Part shown: piece by piece, positions 40,952 to 50,312 of the stretch
How the letters are laid out: each line of letters starts with the position of its first letter
Position numbering within the stretch: position 1 is the first letter of the stretch
The notes under the pieces: generated by a model
Seen by the model: the letters and a program-made list of their open reading frames with translations, nothing else
Told to the model about the DNA's origin: nothing
The model's database searches: none
Made by a program: the position numbers and the translations under genes
Assembly: GCA_965216635.1 (NCBI GenBank)
Contig: OZ244188.1
Coordinates: 96,001 to 160,000, forward strand
DNA length: 64,000 nt
Source of the DNA: a bacterium
Lineage (GTDB): Bacteria > SAR324 > XYD2-FULL-50-16 > G965216635
Direction: 5' to 3'

Positions 40952-42175
40952 CTAACGACTAGTTCTCTCTCTGGTGAAATGAAATAATCTTTTTAAATTA
41001 CTAGGACGTATTCCTTTTTCTACACTTTTTTCTGCTATGATGTGGTAAGCTTGCATTGAGTTTGTCAGCATAGCATTATGTGTTCCCCATAAATACAAAT
41101 GAAATGTTCGCCAAGTTTTTTCCCCACAGATGCGAACTAATTTATCACGGTTGGCTTCAAACCGTTCTGCCCAGTGTTTTAAAGTCAAGGCATAATCCAT
41201 CCGTTCATCTATCACTTCTTTAATTTCCATACCGTGAAATAAAAACTCCCTAATTACATCTTGAAGGCACATAAGAGAATGTGCTCCTGGGTAAATAAGA
41301 ATGCGACCAAAATCCCCGAGATCATATTTTTCGTGTGAGGCTGATCCGTCTAAATATATTCTTCCACCCGGTTTTAAACAACTCCAGACCTTAGCAGCAA
41401 AACGCTGGTAATAGGGAATATGCTCAATCACACCATAGATCACAATCGCATCGTAAGGAGTTTTTGGTTTGTGGTTAAAAAAATCATCCAAATACACTCG
41501 GGCTTTCTGTTGCCAACCTTCTTCGTCAATCAATTTTTGGATACATTTTTTAGAATTATCAGCGATAGTGAGGCTGGTTACATCTATCCCGCGAGGCACA
41601 CAATAACGGGTAGCGCCACCCCAACCTCCGCCAATATCTAGCAGTCGCATACCTTTTTTGAGTTTGAGTCCACTATACATAGTCTCTAGTTTATGAACTG
41701 TAGCCTGCTCTAATGTTTCTGTGGGTTTTTTGTAGATGCACTGTGAATACATATGATATTTTTTATCAGTAAAAAGATAAAAAAATTCGTCATCAAAGCT
41801 ATAATGGTGCTGAATAGATTTTTTGTTGGATTTTATAACGGGACTGAAAAAAATTTTCCAGTTCAATTTCAAGCGAGGTATCAAAGTATTTTGCTTGATA
41901 AATTTTCGCAAAGCTAAAAACGCAGAAACCTCTCCTTTTATATCAAATTGACCTTCTATGTAGGCTCGTCCAATATTCAACTCCGTTATTCCTTTCCAGA
42001 GAAAAGCGGTAGAATGAAAAGTAACAGTAAACAGCGGTTTGCCTTTACCTATTTCAAGGCTTTCGTCTTGAGGAAATTTAAAACAACAAGAAATATCTAG
42101 TCTTTGAAGAAATTTAGCTATCTTGCTAGCGGCTGCGCCATCTTTGGTTTTAATTACAAGATTTTGTTTTGTCAT
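40952..42175 (-). CDS. cfa: Cyclopropane-fatty-acyl-phospholipid synthase family methyltransferase
   Basis: IQHHYS, MYSQCIY...TLEQA...KL, LLDIGGGWGG, IEHI, YALTLKHW..RF, RTFHLYL. Confidence 0.85.
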   Translation of the reverse strand: MTKQNLVIKTKDGAAASKIAKFLQRLDISCCFKFPQDESLEIGKGKPLFTVTFHSTAFLWKGITELNIGRAYIEGQFDIKGEVSAFLALRKFIKQNTLIPRLKLNWKIFFSPVIKSNKKSIQHHYSFDDEFFYLFTDKKYHMYSQCIYKKPTETLEQATVHKLETMYSGLKLKKGMRLLDIGGGWGGATRYCVPRGIDVTSLTIADNSKKCIQKLIDEEGWQQKARVYLDDFFNHKPKTPYDAIVIYGVIEHIPYYQRFAAKVWSCLKPGGRIYLDGSASHEKYDLGDFGRILIYPGAHSLMCLQDVIREFLFHGMEIKEVIDERMDYALTLKHWAERFEANRDKLVRICGEKTWRTFHLYLWGTHNAMLTNSMQAYHIIAEKSVEKGIRPSNLKRLFHFTRERTSR

Positions 42176-42305
42176 AACTGGTTTTTAGTAAATTATAGGG
42201 ATTTTTTAAAGATTCTAAAAAATAGAAATTCTCTATTAATAAAAATTCTCCGTTTATTTTTCAATAAAACTACACAAATTTTCAAAAAATAGCAAGTCTT
42301 TATTA

Positions 42306-42395
42306 TAGACCTTTGAATTTGTTTGTCTAGTTTAGCCAATAAGCTTATCAATATAGACCTTTGAATTTGCTTGTCTAGTTTAGCCAACAAGTCTA
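42306..42395 (-). repeat. Two tandem copies (48-bp period) of one MITE-like end
   Basis: TAGACCTTTGAATTTG(T/C)TTGTCTAGTTTAGCCAA at 42306 and 42354. Confidence 0.85.
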
Positions 42396-42414
42396 TATTA
42401 CTTGATTTAACCGT

Positions 42415-44697
42415 CTAGCGGCAAATAGCACTAAAAACCTCTACAGGCGTAGCAGGCGCATTCAGTTTGACTCTTTTATTTTTGGAAAAATAAGAAACTG
42501 CATCTTTGATTGCAAGCCAAACAGAATGAGCGAGCATCAAAGGAGGCTCTCCTACGGCTTTGGATTTAAAAATAGTATCTTCGGTATTAGAATAGGTTTT
42601 TAAATGAACTCTAAAGTCTTGCGGTAGATCGCTTACAGCTGGAATTTTGTAGGTATCAGGACCTGTCGCTAAAGCTCTACCATTTTCAGCCCACCCTAAT
42701 TCTTCACAAGTCAACCATCCCATACCCTGCACAAACCCTCCTTCTACTTGTCCTCTATCTACGGCTGGATTGATAGAATGCCCTATATCGTGCAAAATAT
42801 CTGTTCTTAAAACTTTGTATTCCCCCGTTAGAGCGTCTACTAAAACTTCAGATACCGAAGCTCCATAAGCAAAGTAGAAAAAAGGATGTCCCTTGTTGTT
42901 TTTTTTATCAAAATAAACTTTTGGTGTTTTGTAATAGCCCGTGCTAGATAGGGCTATTCTATTTTCATAAGCCAAAGCAATCAATTCTTCAAAAGTAATT
43001 TTTTTCTTTTTTTCTATCCAAACATTTCCTTGCTCAAAATGAATATTTTCTACTGGAGTTTTAAAATAAGCAGCTGCAAAGCGAATCAATCTTTCTTTTA
43101 TTTTTCTAGCTGCAATCTGAGCAGCCTTTCCATTTAAATCAGTTCCAGCAGAAGCAGCAGTAGGAGAAGTGTTAGGAACTTTATCGGTGCGGGTAGAAGT
43201 GATAGATATTTTATTTAAAGCAATTTGAAATTCTTCGGCTACAATTTGAGCTACTTTAATAAAAAGTCCTTGCCCCATTTCTGTGCCACCGTGATTGAGA
43301 TGCACACTGCCATCGCTATAGATATGAATCAAAGCCCCCGCTTGATTCATAAAGGTAACTGTGAAAGAAATACCAAACTTTACTGGAGAAATAGCGATCC
43401 CTTTTTTTAAAAAAGGGCTAGTTTGGTTAAATACAGCAACCTCTTGACGTCTTTTTTTATACTCCGAAGTTTGCACTAATTCTTCCACTAAACTAGAAAT
43501 TACTGGTTCCTCTATCTCCTGCTCGTAAGGAGTTATATTTCTACCATTTTTCTTTTCATAAAAATTGAGCCTCATAATATCTAAAGGATCTTTGTTTAGG
43601 TAACGTGCTATTTCATCTATAATATGCTCTATGTGGAGCATACCTTGAGGACCCCCAAATCCACGAAATGCAGTATTGGATACTGTATTTGTTTTACAAG
43701 GATAACCCTCTATTTTAACATTTTTGAAATAATAACAATTATCCGAATGCAACATAGCCCGATTTAAAATAGCTAAAGATAAATCCGCAGAATAACCACA
43801 TTGGGCGGCTAGTTTTATTTTAATAGCTTCAACCGCTCCCGCGTCATCAAATCCCACCTCGTAAGTATTATAAAAATTGTGTCTTTTGCCAGTAGTGATC
43901 ATATCGTCAAAACGGTTGAGTCTCATTTTCACTGGCAGCCGATTACGGTAAGCAAACAAGGCAGCAATACAAGCCGCTTGTGCAGCTTGAGTTTCTTTAC
44001 CCCCAAACCCTCCACCCATTCTTCTTGTATCTACTACTACTTGGGACATTTTTAGACCTAATACTTCGGCTACGAGTTTTTGAACTTCAGTAGGATTTTG
44101 AGTAGAGCAATAAAGAAAAATACCATCCTCCTGAGGCACAGCTAAAGAAATTTGTGTCTCTAAATAAAAATGATCCTGTCCTCCAATAAAAAGCTCCCCG
44201 CTCAAACGGTGTTTTGCTTTTTGCAAAGCAAGATTAGCGTTGCCCCGTTGTAGAGTTTGTGGCTCTAATACAAAAGATTTTTTCTGTAGTGCTTCTTTTA
44301 AATCCAAAATTGGCTCTAAAGGTTTATATTTTACTTTAATTTCTCGGACAGCCTTTCTTGCACTGTGCGTATCTTTAGCCGCCACTGCTACAATAGGCTG
44401 CCCGAAAAATTCTACTTTTTTATCTGCTAAAAGAGGGTCGCCATCAAACACTGGAGCAATATCTAATTTAGCTGGAACATCCTTCGCCTGCACAATATCT
44501 ACAACTCCTGCCATTTTTTGAGCTATAGAAATATCTACCTCTTGAATTTTAGCACAAGCCTGCTCACTACAAAAAAAACAGCAATGCAATGCCTCTGGAA
44601 AATCTAAAATATCATCTACATAAACAGCTTCACCGCTGACATGTTTTTCTGCACTATCGTGAGCGAATGGCTTTGTAATATAACTTAAATTTTTCAT
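42415..44697 (-). CDS. xdhB: Xanthine dehydrogenase molybdopterin-binding subunit
   Basis: HDSAEKHVSGEAVYVDD, GGQDHFYLE, RRMGGGFGGKETQ, TAFRGFGGPQG, GQVEGGFVQGMGW, SKAVGEPP. Confidence 0.96.
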   Translation of the reverse strand: MKNLSYITKPFAHDSAEKHVSGEAVYVDDILDFPEALHCCFFCSEQACAKIQEVDISIAQKMAGVVDIVQAKDVPAKLDIAPVFDGDPLLADKKVEFFGQPIVAVAAKDTHSARKAVREIKVKYKPLEPILDLKEALQKKSFVLEPQTLQRGNANLALQKAKHRLSGELFIGGQDHFYLETQISLAVPQEDGIFLYCSTQNPTEVQKLVAEVLGLKMSQVVVDTRRMGGGFGGKETQAAQAACIAALFAYRNRLPVKMRLNRFDDMITTGKRHNFYNTYEVGFDDAGAVEAIKIKLAAQCGYSADLSLAILNRAMLHSDNCYYFKNVKIEGYPCKTNTVSNTAFRGFGGPQGMLHIEHIIDEIARYLNKDPLDIMRLNFYEKKNGRNITPYEQEIEEPVISSLVEELVQTSEYKKRRQEVAVFNQTSPFLKKGIAISPVKFGISFTVTFMNQAGALIHIYSDGSVHLNHGGTEMGQGLFIKVAQIVAEEFQIALNKISITSTRTDKVPNTSPTAASAGTDLNGKAAQIAARKIKERLIRFAAAYFKTPVENIHFEQGNVWIEKKKKITFEELIALAYENRIALSSTGYYKTPKVYFDKKNNKGHPFFYFAYGASVSEVLVDALTGEYKVLRTDILHDIGHSINPAVDRGQVEGGFVQGMGWLTCEELGWAENGRALATGPDTYKIPAVSDLPQDFRVHLKTYSNTEDTIFKSKAVGEPPLMLAHSVWLAIKDAVSYFSKNKRVKLNAPATPVEVFSAICR

Positions 44698-44705
44698 CTT
44701 TAGAA

Positions 44706-44839
44706 TTTTATGCCTCTAAGTTTACCAGCTAACCTGTTTTTATGCTTCATTGATTTTACCAGCTAACCTATCTTTATGCTTCATTGATTTTGCCAGCTAA
44801 TCTGTTTTTATGCTTCATTGATTTTGCCAGCTAATCTAT
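44706..44839 (-). repeat. 34-bp tandem repeat x4 of the res gene 3' end
   Basis: CCAGCTAA recurs at 44725, 44759, 44793, 44827; unit includes the res stop codon. Confidence 0.9.
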
Positions 44840-47800
44840 CAAAATCATCCAACCAATATTTTCTATACTCTTCTGGAGCAAGAGTAGTGTCTCTCGTTTT
44901 GAAAAACAACTGAGTTTTTATTGTAAAGCCGTGAGACAAATATTTTTTTGCTTGGTTTTTATTTTCAATTTTTTCTTCAAATAGATTTTTATAGCCATCA
45001 ATTTTTCTTATCACATCGGTATGCTCTGTGCCTTTGGGATCTAAAAAAAGAATGGTATAATTCTTCTCTTTTTGCATCCAAAAAATAAAATCAGGGAAAA
45101 AATGGGATATAGAATTTGTCTTTGGGTTATAGTAAGGAATATGAATACTATCTAAAGTTTCGTCTAGTTTAGAAAACATCCACCAATCATAATTTTTAAA
45201 AACACTGTTATCTTTTTGCAAATATTCTTCTAAATTTTCAATAAACTTTATTTCGCTCGGCACATCAATAATATGGTTTAAGTAATCTACTTTTTCTTGC
45301 TCTGCTACAATTAGAGGATGGTAGTAATGGTTGGCTAAATATTTTATTTTAATTTTTTGATTGTTGAGCTCAAAAGTTTTTGCCGATTCGAATTTTTCAA
45401 ATAAAGTGAGTTGTTCGTCGTAATCTTTTCTTTTTCCCGTTTTGAATAATTCTTCTAATTCTAATTCTTTTGCTGCACTAGATTTATTTAGTTTTTGATT
45501 TTTTATAATTTCCAGTTTCTCTTTTAATTCTTCAATTTTATTTCCATCTTTGAATTTTATTTCTTTAAAATGCACAATTTCTGCTTCTAGTTTTTTAAAC
45601 CCATCAACCTCTTGGTTTTGAATGCTGAAATAATCTAAGATACTTTTGAGGTGTAAATCTGGTTTATCAATATTTCTTGTCTCGTCAAAATTGTAATATT
45701 TGCTTTGATTCTGCATACTTTCTGACACTTTTTTTAAGACTTTTATCTCGCATTCGTTTTTTAGCAAAACGATTTTATCTCCTAAATGTTCAAATAGTTT
45801 TTGAGTTTGGGTAAGGTCTTTTTTACTAACCGAATACTTTAAAACAGTGCTGGATTCTGCCAATATTTTATTGGATTTTTGATAAACAGGTACGAGTAAC
45901 AAACGATTTTTAATTTTTTCGTTTATTGCAAATAAGTCTCCCAAATTATGTTCTGGCTTTTGCTGTTCTTCTTGGAGTTTTTCTATTATATTTTTTAAAT
46001 TTTCTGCGTTGGTTCCAAAAACAAACAGACTTTCTAAGGCTAAAATATTTTGTTTTATTTTATCAAACAGCTCTTGCTCTGCTTCTTCAGCGGCTATTAA
46101 GTTTTGCAATCTTTTTCTTTTATTTTTTAGAGGCTCTATCCGCAACCCACGCCCTACCGATTGCAAAACAAATTTTTTAGAATCTTTTGCCATTCCTATA
46201 TTTACAAATAAAATAAGATTGGGTCTATTAGAATCCCACCCTTCGTAAAAAGAACGCGAGCCCATCAAAATATTTATATCCGAATCGTCTTGGTTGATTT
46301 TTTTGAATATACTTTCATTTTCCAAACTTTCTATGATTTGATAATCTGCCACTGTGTCTTTTAACCAGCCAGAAATATCTCCAATTTTTATCAAAGCAAA
46401 AGGTTTCTCCGAAGTCTGTAGTTTGAAAGCAATCTCTTTTTTATTTTTTGGAACCTTTAAAATTTCAATTTTGCCGAAATTATTTGCATTGAATACAGCT
46501 TGCAGAATTTTCTTGTAGCTTATTTTTGAAAGTATATTGCTATCTATTTCTATTTTTGTATTTTCAAATAGATATTTATTATTGTCCGAAAATTCAGCAA
46601 GCAATTCAGTTTTAGCTTCTTCCAGTAAATTTGGTTTAATTTGGTTGTTAGCTATTTTTTCTAGTTCTGCAAAGAAAAGTTTTAAGTCTGGTTCTTTAAT
46701 AATTTTATCCAAATCAGATTTTTTTGTATTGACGGAATTAACCAGTGTCAAGAGCAAGGGGCGGTGATAAAGACTGCCATTTGTTTTTCTTATTTTTTTA
46801 AAATGCTTGTAGCTATAGGTTTGTAAAAGCAGAGTTTTTAAAACAATTTTTTGTTTTTCTATTTCGGAGAAGTTATCTTGTTCCTTAAAAGCAGTTACTT
46901 TCTGTTTTGAAACATAGATATGCTTGCCGTATCCAGCTCCTATAAATTTGGCGAGATTAAAATCAAAAACGCAGCTAGCGTAGTCTCTAGCATCGGTAAA
47001 AGTAGCAGAGAAATTAAACAAAAAACCGTTCCTTGAAAGAATAGAATAAAAAATCTGCCGTTTGCTTTCTTCTTTGTCTCCTTTGTGGGCTTCGTCTAAA
47101 AGAATATACCATTTCCCAAAGTTATCGTAATTTTTAAAATTCACAATGTTTTGCTTGTGTTCATCAGAAATTAAATCAGAGCGGTAATAAAAAATAGTTA
47201 TCTCTTTTTTGGAATAGGGCAGAGCATTTTCGTGTTTTACGCTCTCGTATTCTTTCAAACTTTTTAAGAGGATCTTGGTCTCAAAATTATCTCTATTAAA
47301 CTCTGCTATATGCTCTTTGAACTGTTGTAAAAGATCTTCTCGGTGCGCCAAAAACAAAATATCGTTTTTAGGAATTTCTCCTTTTCTTATCAGCTCTCCT
47401 AAAAGATGAATAAGTTTTACAATCACAAGCGTTTTACCAGAGCCAGTTGCCATCCAAAAACTCATCCGATTGATAAAAGAAGCGAAAGAGATTTTGTCGC
47501 CTGAAACTGAGTATTCCTCACTGTATTCCAAAAGATATTTAGTCGTTTTGTTTTCTTTGCTTTTCTTTTTGCTGCCTTTTTGATTCAAGGTATAATCAAA
47601 ATTTTCATCGTAGTTATTGTTGCGGTATTTTTGAAAAAAATTATTTTTTCTAGTCTGGTAGTCTTTGTGATTTTCGCTGTAAAACAAGTGCAGTCCTTTC
47701 AGTGAATTTTCTAGTGCTTCTTTTTGAAAATCGTAAAGTCTTTTTTTTTGAGAAAAACTTTTTAAATCAAAATTTTGCCATTCTGCTGGCAAGTTGGCAA

Positions 47801-47849
47801 AAGAAATTTTTTTAACTATTTCCTGTAGATAATGCTCCATTATTCCCAC
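44808..47849 (-). CDS. res: Type III restriction-modification Res subunit (SF2 helicase plus PD-(D/E)xK nuclease)
   Basis: FWMATGSGKT, LLDEAH, FSAT, EGWD, QSVGRGLR, C-terminal FPDF...LDPKG. Confidence 0.88.
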   Translation of the reverse strand: MGIMEHYLQEIVKKISFANLPAEWQNFDLKSFSQKKRLYDFQKEALENSLKGLHLFYSENHKDYQTRKNNFFQKYRNNNYDENFDYTLNQKGSKKKSKENKTTKYLLEYSEEYSVSGDKISFASFINRMSFWMATGSGKTLVIVKLIHLLGELIRKGEIPKNDILFLAHREDLLQQFKEHIAEFNRDNFETKILLKSLKEYESVKHENALPYSKKEITIFYYRSDLISDEHKQNIVNFKNYDNFGKWYILLDEAHKGDKEESKRQIFYSILSRNGFLFNFSATFTDARDYASCVFDFNLAKFIGAGYGKHIYVSKQKVTAFKEQDNFSEIEKQKIVLKTLLLQTYSYKHFKKIRKTNGSLYHRPLLLTLVNSVNTKKSDLDKIIKEPDLKLFFAELEKIANNQIKPNLLEEAKTELLAEFSDNNKYLFENTKIEIDSNILSKISYKKILQAVFNANNFGKIEILKVPKNKKEIAFKLQTSEKPFALIKIGDISGWLKDTVADYQIIESLENESIFKKINQDDSDINILMGSRSFYEGWDSNRPNLILFVNIGMAKDSKKFVLQSVGRGLRIEPLKNKRKRLQNLIAAEEAEQELFDKIKQNILALESLFVFGTNAENLKNIIEKLQEEQQKPEHNLGDLFAINEKIKNRLLLVPVYQKSNKILAESSTVLKYSVSKKDLTQTQKLFEHLGDKIVLLKNECEIKVLKKVSESMQNQSKYYNFDETRNIDKPDLHLKSILDYFSIQNQEVDGFKKLEAEIVHFKEIKFKDGNKIEELKEKLEIIKNQKLNKSSAAKELELEELFKTGKRKDYDEQLTLFEKFESAKTFELNNQKIKIKYLANHYYHPLIVAEQEKVDYLNHIIDVPSEIKFIENLEEYLQKDNSVFKNYDWWMFSKLDETLDSIHIPYYNPKTNSISHFFPDFIFWMQKEKNYTILFLDPKGTEHTDVIRKIDGYKNLFEEKIENKNQAKKYLSHGFTIKTQLFFKTRDTTLAPEEYRKYWLDDFDRLAGKINEA

Positions 47850-50308
47850 CAGATTAAAGGTTTAATTTTTTTGTAGTCTAGCTCTTTTGTGTTTTCTTTG
47901 CTTCCGTCTGTAAACAAAACTTCGTCTTCAGTGATCATTTTGATCCATTTGCCGTTTAGGCAAGATAGGGTTTCTGCTATATCAACATTGGGATAAAGTT
48001 TTTTTAAGTCTACAGTCGCTTTGTTTTTTTGGTAGTCAATTTCTAAACATTTTAGCATTTTTTCGTCCTTCATAAAAACATAGTCTTGGTAGGCTTTGTC
48101 ACTCGTTTGGTTAAATAAATTTGCATCGCCGTATTTTGTGTTTTCCAAAGTTTCTTCGTACTGCTCTAGCTCGTAGTACTTGAAAAACCCGCCTCCTTTG
48201 TAGTCTTTGGTATCCTTTGAAATACCGCTTTTATCGTAGGCTAAAACTTCTTTCATTCTCGGTAAAACTACGCTATAAAAATGCTCTCCCATTTCTACAC
48301 CGAGCCATTTTCTGCCGAGTTTATGTGCCACCGCTGTTGTAGTGCCAGAGCCGAGGAAATAGTCAAAAATTAAATCTTTTTCTTTTGAGCCTGTATTGAT
48401 TACTCTGGCTAATAATTTTTCTGAGTTTTCTGTTGTAAAACCCCAAGTTGAAGAATAGCCTACCCAATCAGTCCAATTATCTGTTAATTTTTGTGTTTCG
48501 GTTTCTTCTATTTGTGGTGTTTTATTATCTCCATTACTCCATTTTATTTTATTTTCTTTTTCTAACTCAAATATAAATTTTTGATTCAAAGCCCAATGTC
48601 TACCGTCTGGAGGCAATAACTCTGTATTAAGAATTATACGCGCCCTTGTTGTTGCTTTCCCATTTCTTTTTTCAGACTGGGCTCTTATATTTTTTTTTGA
48701 AAAAAGTTTGATATATTCATCAGGTATAGGAGACCATCTAATACCTGGTAAGTGCATAGCTCTCCATTTTGGATTATCTCTTTTTTTTGTAGCTGTAGAA
48801 AAAACAAATTGATTAGACTTTGAATAGAAAAAAAGAGAATCATGTCCACTATGATATTTATTAATTTGCTCTGTTAACTTTGCCGATTTACTAATAATAA
48901 TTTCATTTTGGTAGTTAAATATTTTATCCAACAAACACCTCACAATCCAGTTTCCGTGATAATCGCAGCGCACAAAAATACTTCCGCTATTATGCAAAAC
49001 TTCTTTGGCAAGTTTTAAGCGGTTTTCAAGGAGTGTAGCCCAGCTAGAATCCTTGTATTTGACTAGATAGTCGTAGTCTGCGTTGTTTTCTAAATTAAAA
49101 GGGGGGTCAATATAAATCGTTTGTATTTTTTCTTTGAATTTAGGCAGGATAGTATTGAGTGCTTGGTAGTTTTCACTTTTTATCAGCCAGCCGTCTAGTT
49201 GCTTATCCAAATCGTCAAATAAGCCTAAAATTTCTAGCTCCAAATCTTTAAAGTGTTTGGTATCTATAGGCAAATGCTTGTGTTTTTTGGTTAAACTATT
49301 GCCGTTTAAATCTGTTTCAAAAATAGTTTCTATCTTAAAATCACTCTCTACAATTCCGAGTTCTTGCCATTCTTGGATCTGCTCTTTTATTCCTCCGTGT
49401 TTGAGTATTTTTTGTAGCAGAATTTTATCTGCGATTCTATCTAGCGTCAAAACATAATTGCTATTTTTGGCAAACTTCGGTTTGTTCCAAATCTTGACTA
49501 GCTCGTTTTCAAACTGAGCGACAAAATCAATGATCTTAAAAGCAATGTTTTTCAGTATTTGTAATTGGTTTATTCTTATCGCAGACCATTCTTTAGCCCC
49601 TTCCCAAAGATATTGATAGCTCCAGAGTTTAAACTGCTCTTCCAAAAAAGCCTTAGCGTTTTTGTTAATGAAAAAATCTACCTCTGCTTGTCTATTGAAA
49701 ATACGAAAAGCTTTTTCTAATTCTTCTTCCTTGATAAAAACTCCTGCTTTTTTTATGGCTCTTAAGATATCTTCTGTTTTTGTTTTTGTACCATTATCGG
49801 AGTGAAGCGCAGCAAAGCAAATTGTTCTATCTTCCTTTACTTCCTTAAACTCAAAAACAAGAGATTTTTTCTCGTTCGCTTTTTTAGGTTTAATATTTTC
49901 TGCGTCAAAATAGAATTTGAAAACATCAAATTCTACGAGCGTGCTTCTAAAAATCCTATCGCTTTTGACATAGTAAAGCATCTGAGTTTTCCAAAACAAA
50001 ACTACATCTTTTTCGTCTGTATAGACCTTTTCATAAATGTTGTTATGAAAGGGAGTAGAGTTAAAATAGATAGAACCGCTTTCGCTAAAATAACGACTAA
50101 AAAAAGAATGGAGTTTGTCAAAAAGCTCCTCTCTAAAATTGGAATGTTCTTTTAGAGCTTTATAAATATCTTGTTTTAGCAAAATTTCTATCTGCTCGTA
50201 ATATTTTGATTTTATTTGCATCAAATTGATAAAACCACCTTTGCCGTCAATTTTTGCACCGATAAATATATCTTGCAGTGCTTGAAAAAATTTTTGTTCT
50301 TTCGTCAT
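47840..50308 (-). CDS. mod: Type III restriction-modification Mod subunit (beta-class N6-adenine methyltransferase)
   Basis: IYIDPPFN (motif IV) before FDYFLGSGTT (motif I); overlaps res start. Confidence 0.9.
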   Translation of the reverse strand: MTKEQKFFQALQDIFIGAKIDGKGGFINLMQIKSKYYEQIEILLKQDIYKALKEHSNFREELFDKLHSFFSRYFSESGSIYFNSTPFHNNIYEKVYTDEKDVVLFWKTQMLYYVKSDRIFRSTLVEFDVFKFYFDAENIKPKKANEKKSLVFEFKEVKEDRTICFAALHSDNGTKTKTEDILRAIKKAGVFIKEEELEKAFRIFNRQAEVDFFINKNAKAFLEEQFKLWSYQYLWEGAKEWSAIRINQLQILKNIAFKIIDFVAQFENELVKIWNKPKFAKNSNYVLTLDRIADKILLQKILKHGGIKEQIQEWQELGIVESDFKIETIFETDLNGNSLTKKHKHLPIDTKHFKDLELEILGLFDDLDKQLDGWLIKSENYQALNTILPKFKEKIQTIYIDPPFNLENNADYDYLVKYKDSSWATLLENRLKLAKEVLHNSGSIFVRCDYHGNWIVRCLLDKIFNYQNEIIISKSAKLTEQINKYHSGHDSLFFYSKSNQFVFSTATKKRDNPKWRAMHLPGIRWSPIPDEYIKLFSKKNIRAQSEKRNGKATTRARIILNTELLPPDGRHWALNQKFIFELEKENKIKWSNGDNKTPQIEETETQKLTDNWTDWVGYSSTWGFTTENSEKLLARVINTGSKEKDLIFDYFLGSGTTTAVAHKLGRKWLGVEMGEHFYSVVLPRMKEVLAYDKSGISKDTKDYKGGGFFKYYELEQYEETLENTKYGDANLFNQTSDKAYQDYVFMKDEKMLKCLEIDYQKNKATVDLKKLYPNVDIAETLSCLNGKWIKMITEDEVLFTDGSKENTKELDYKKIKPLIWWE

Positions 50309-50312
50309 AATT

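Noticed and set aside
48690..48790. A8-A9 runs in mod as a phase-variation switch
   Set aside because: Runs of this length are common throughout this AT-rich window, including in housekeeping genes; mod is in frame and has no distinctive simple-sequence repeat
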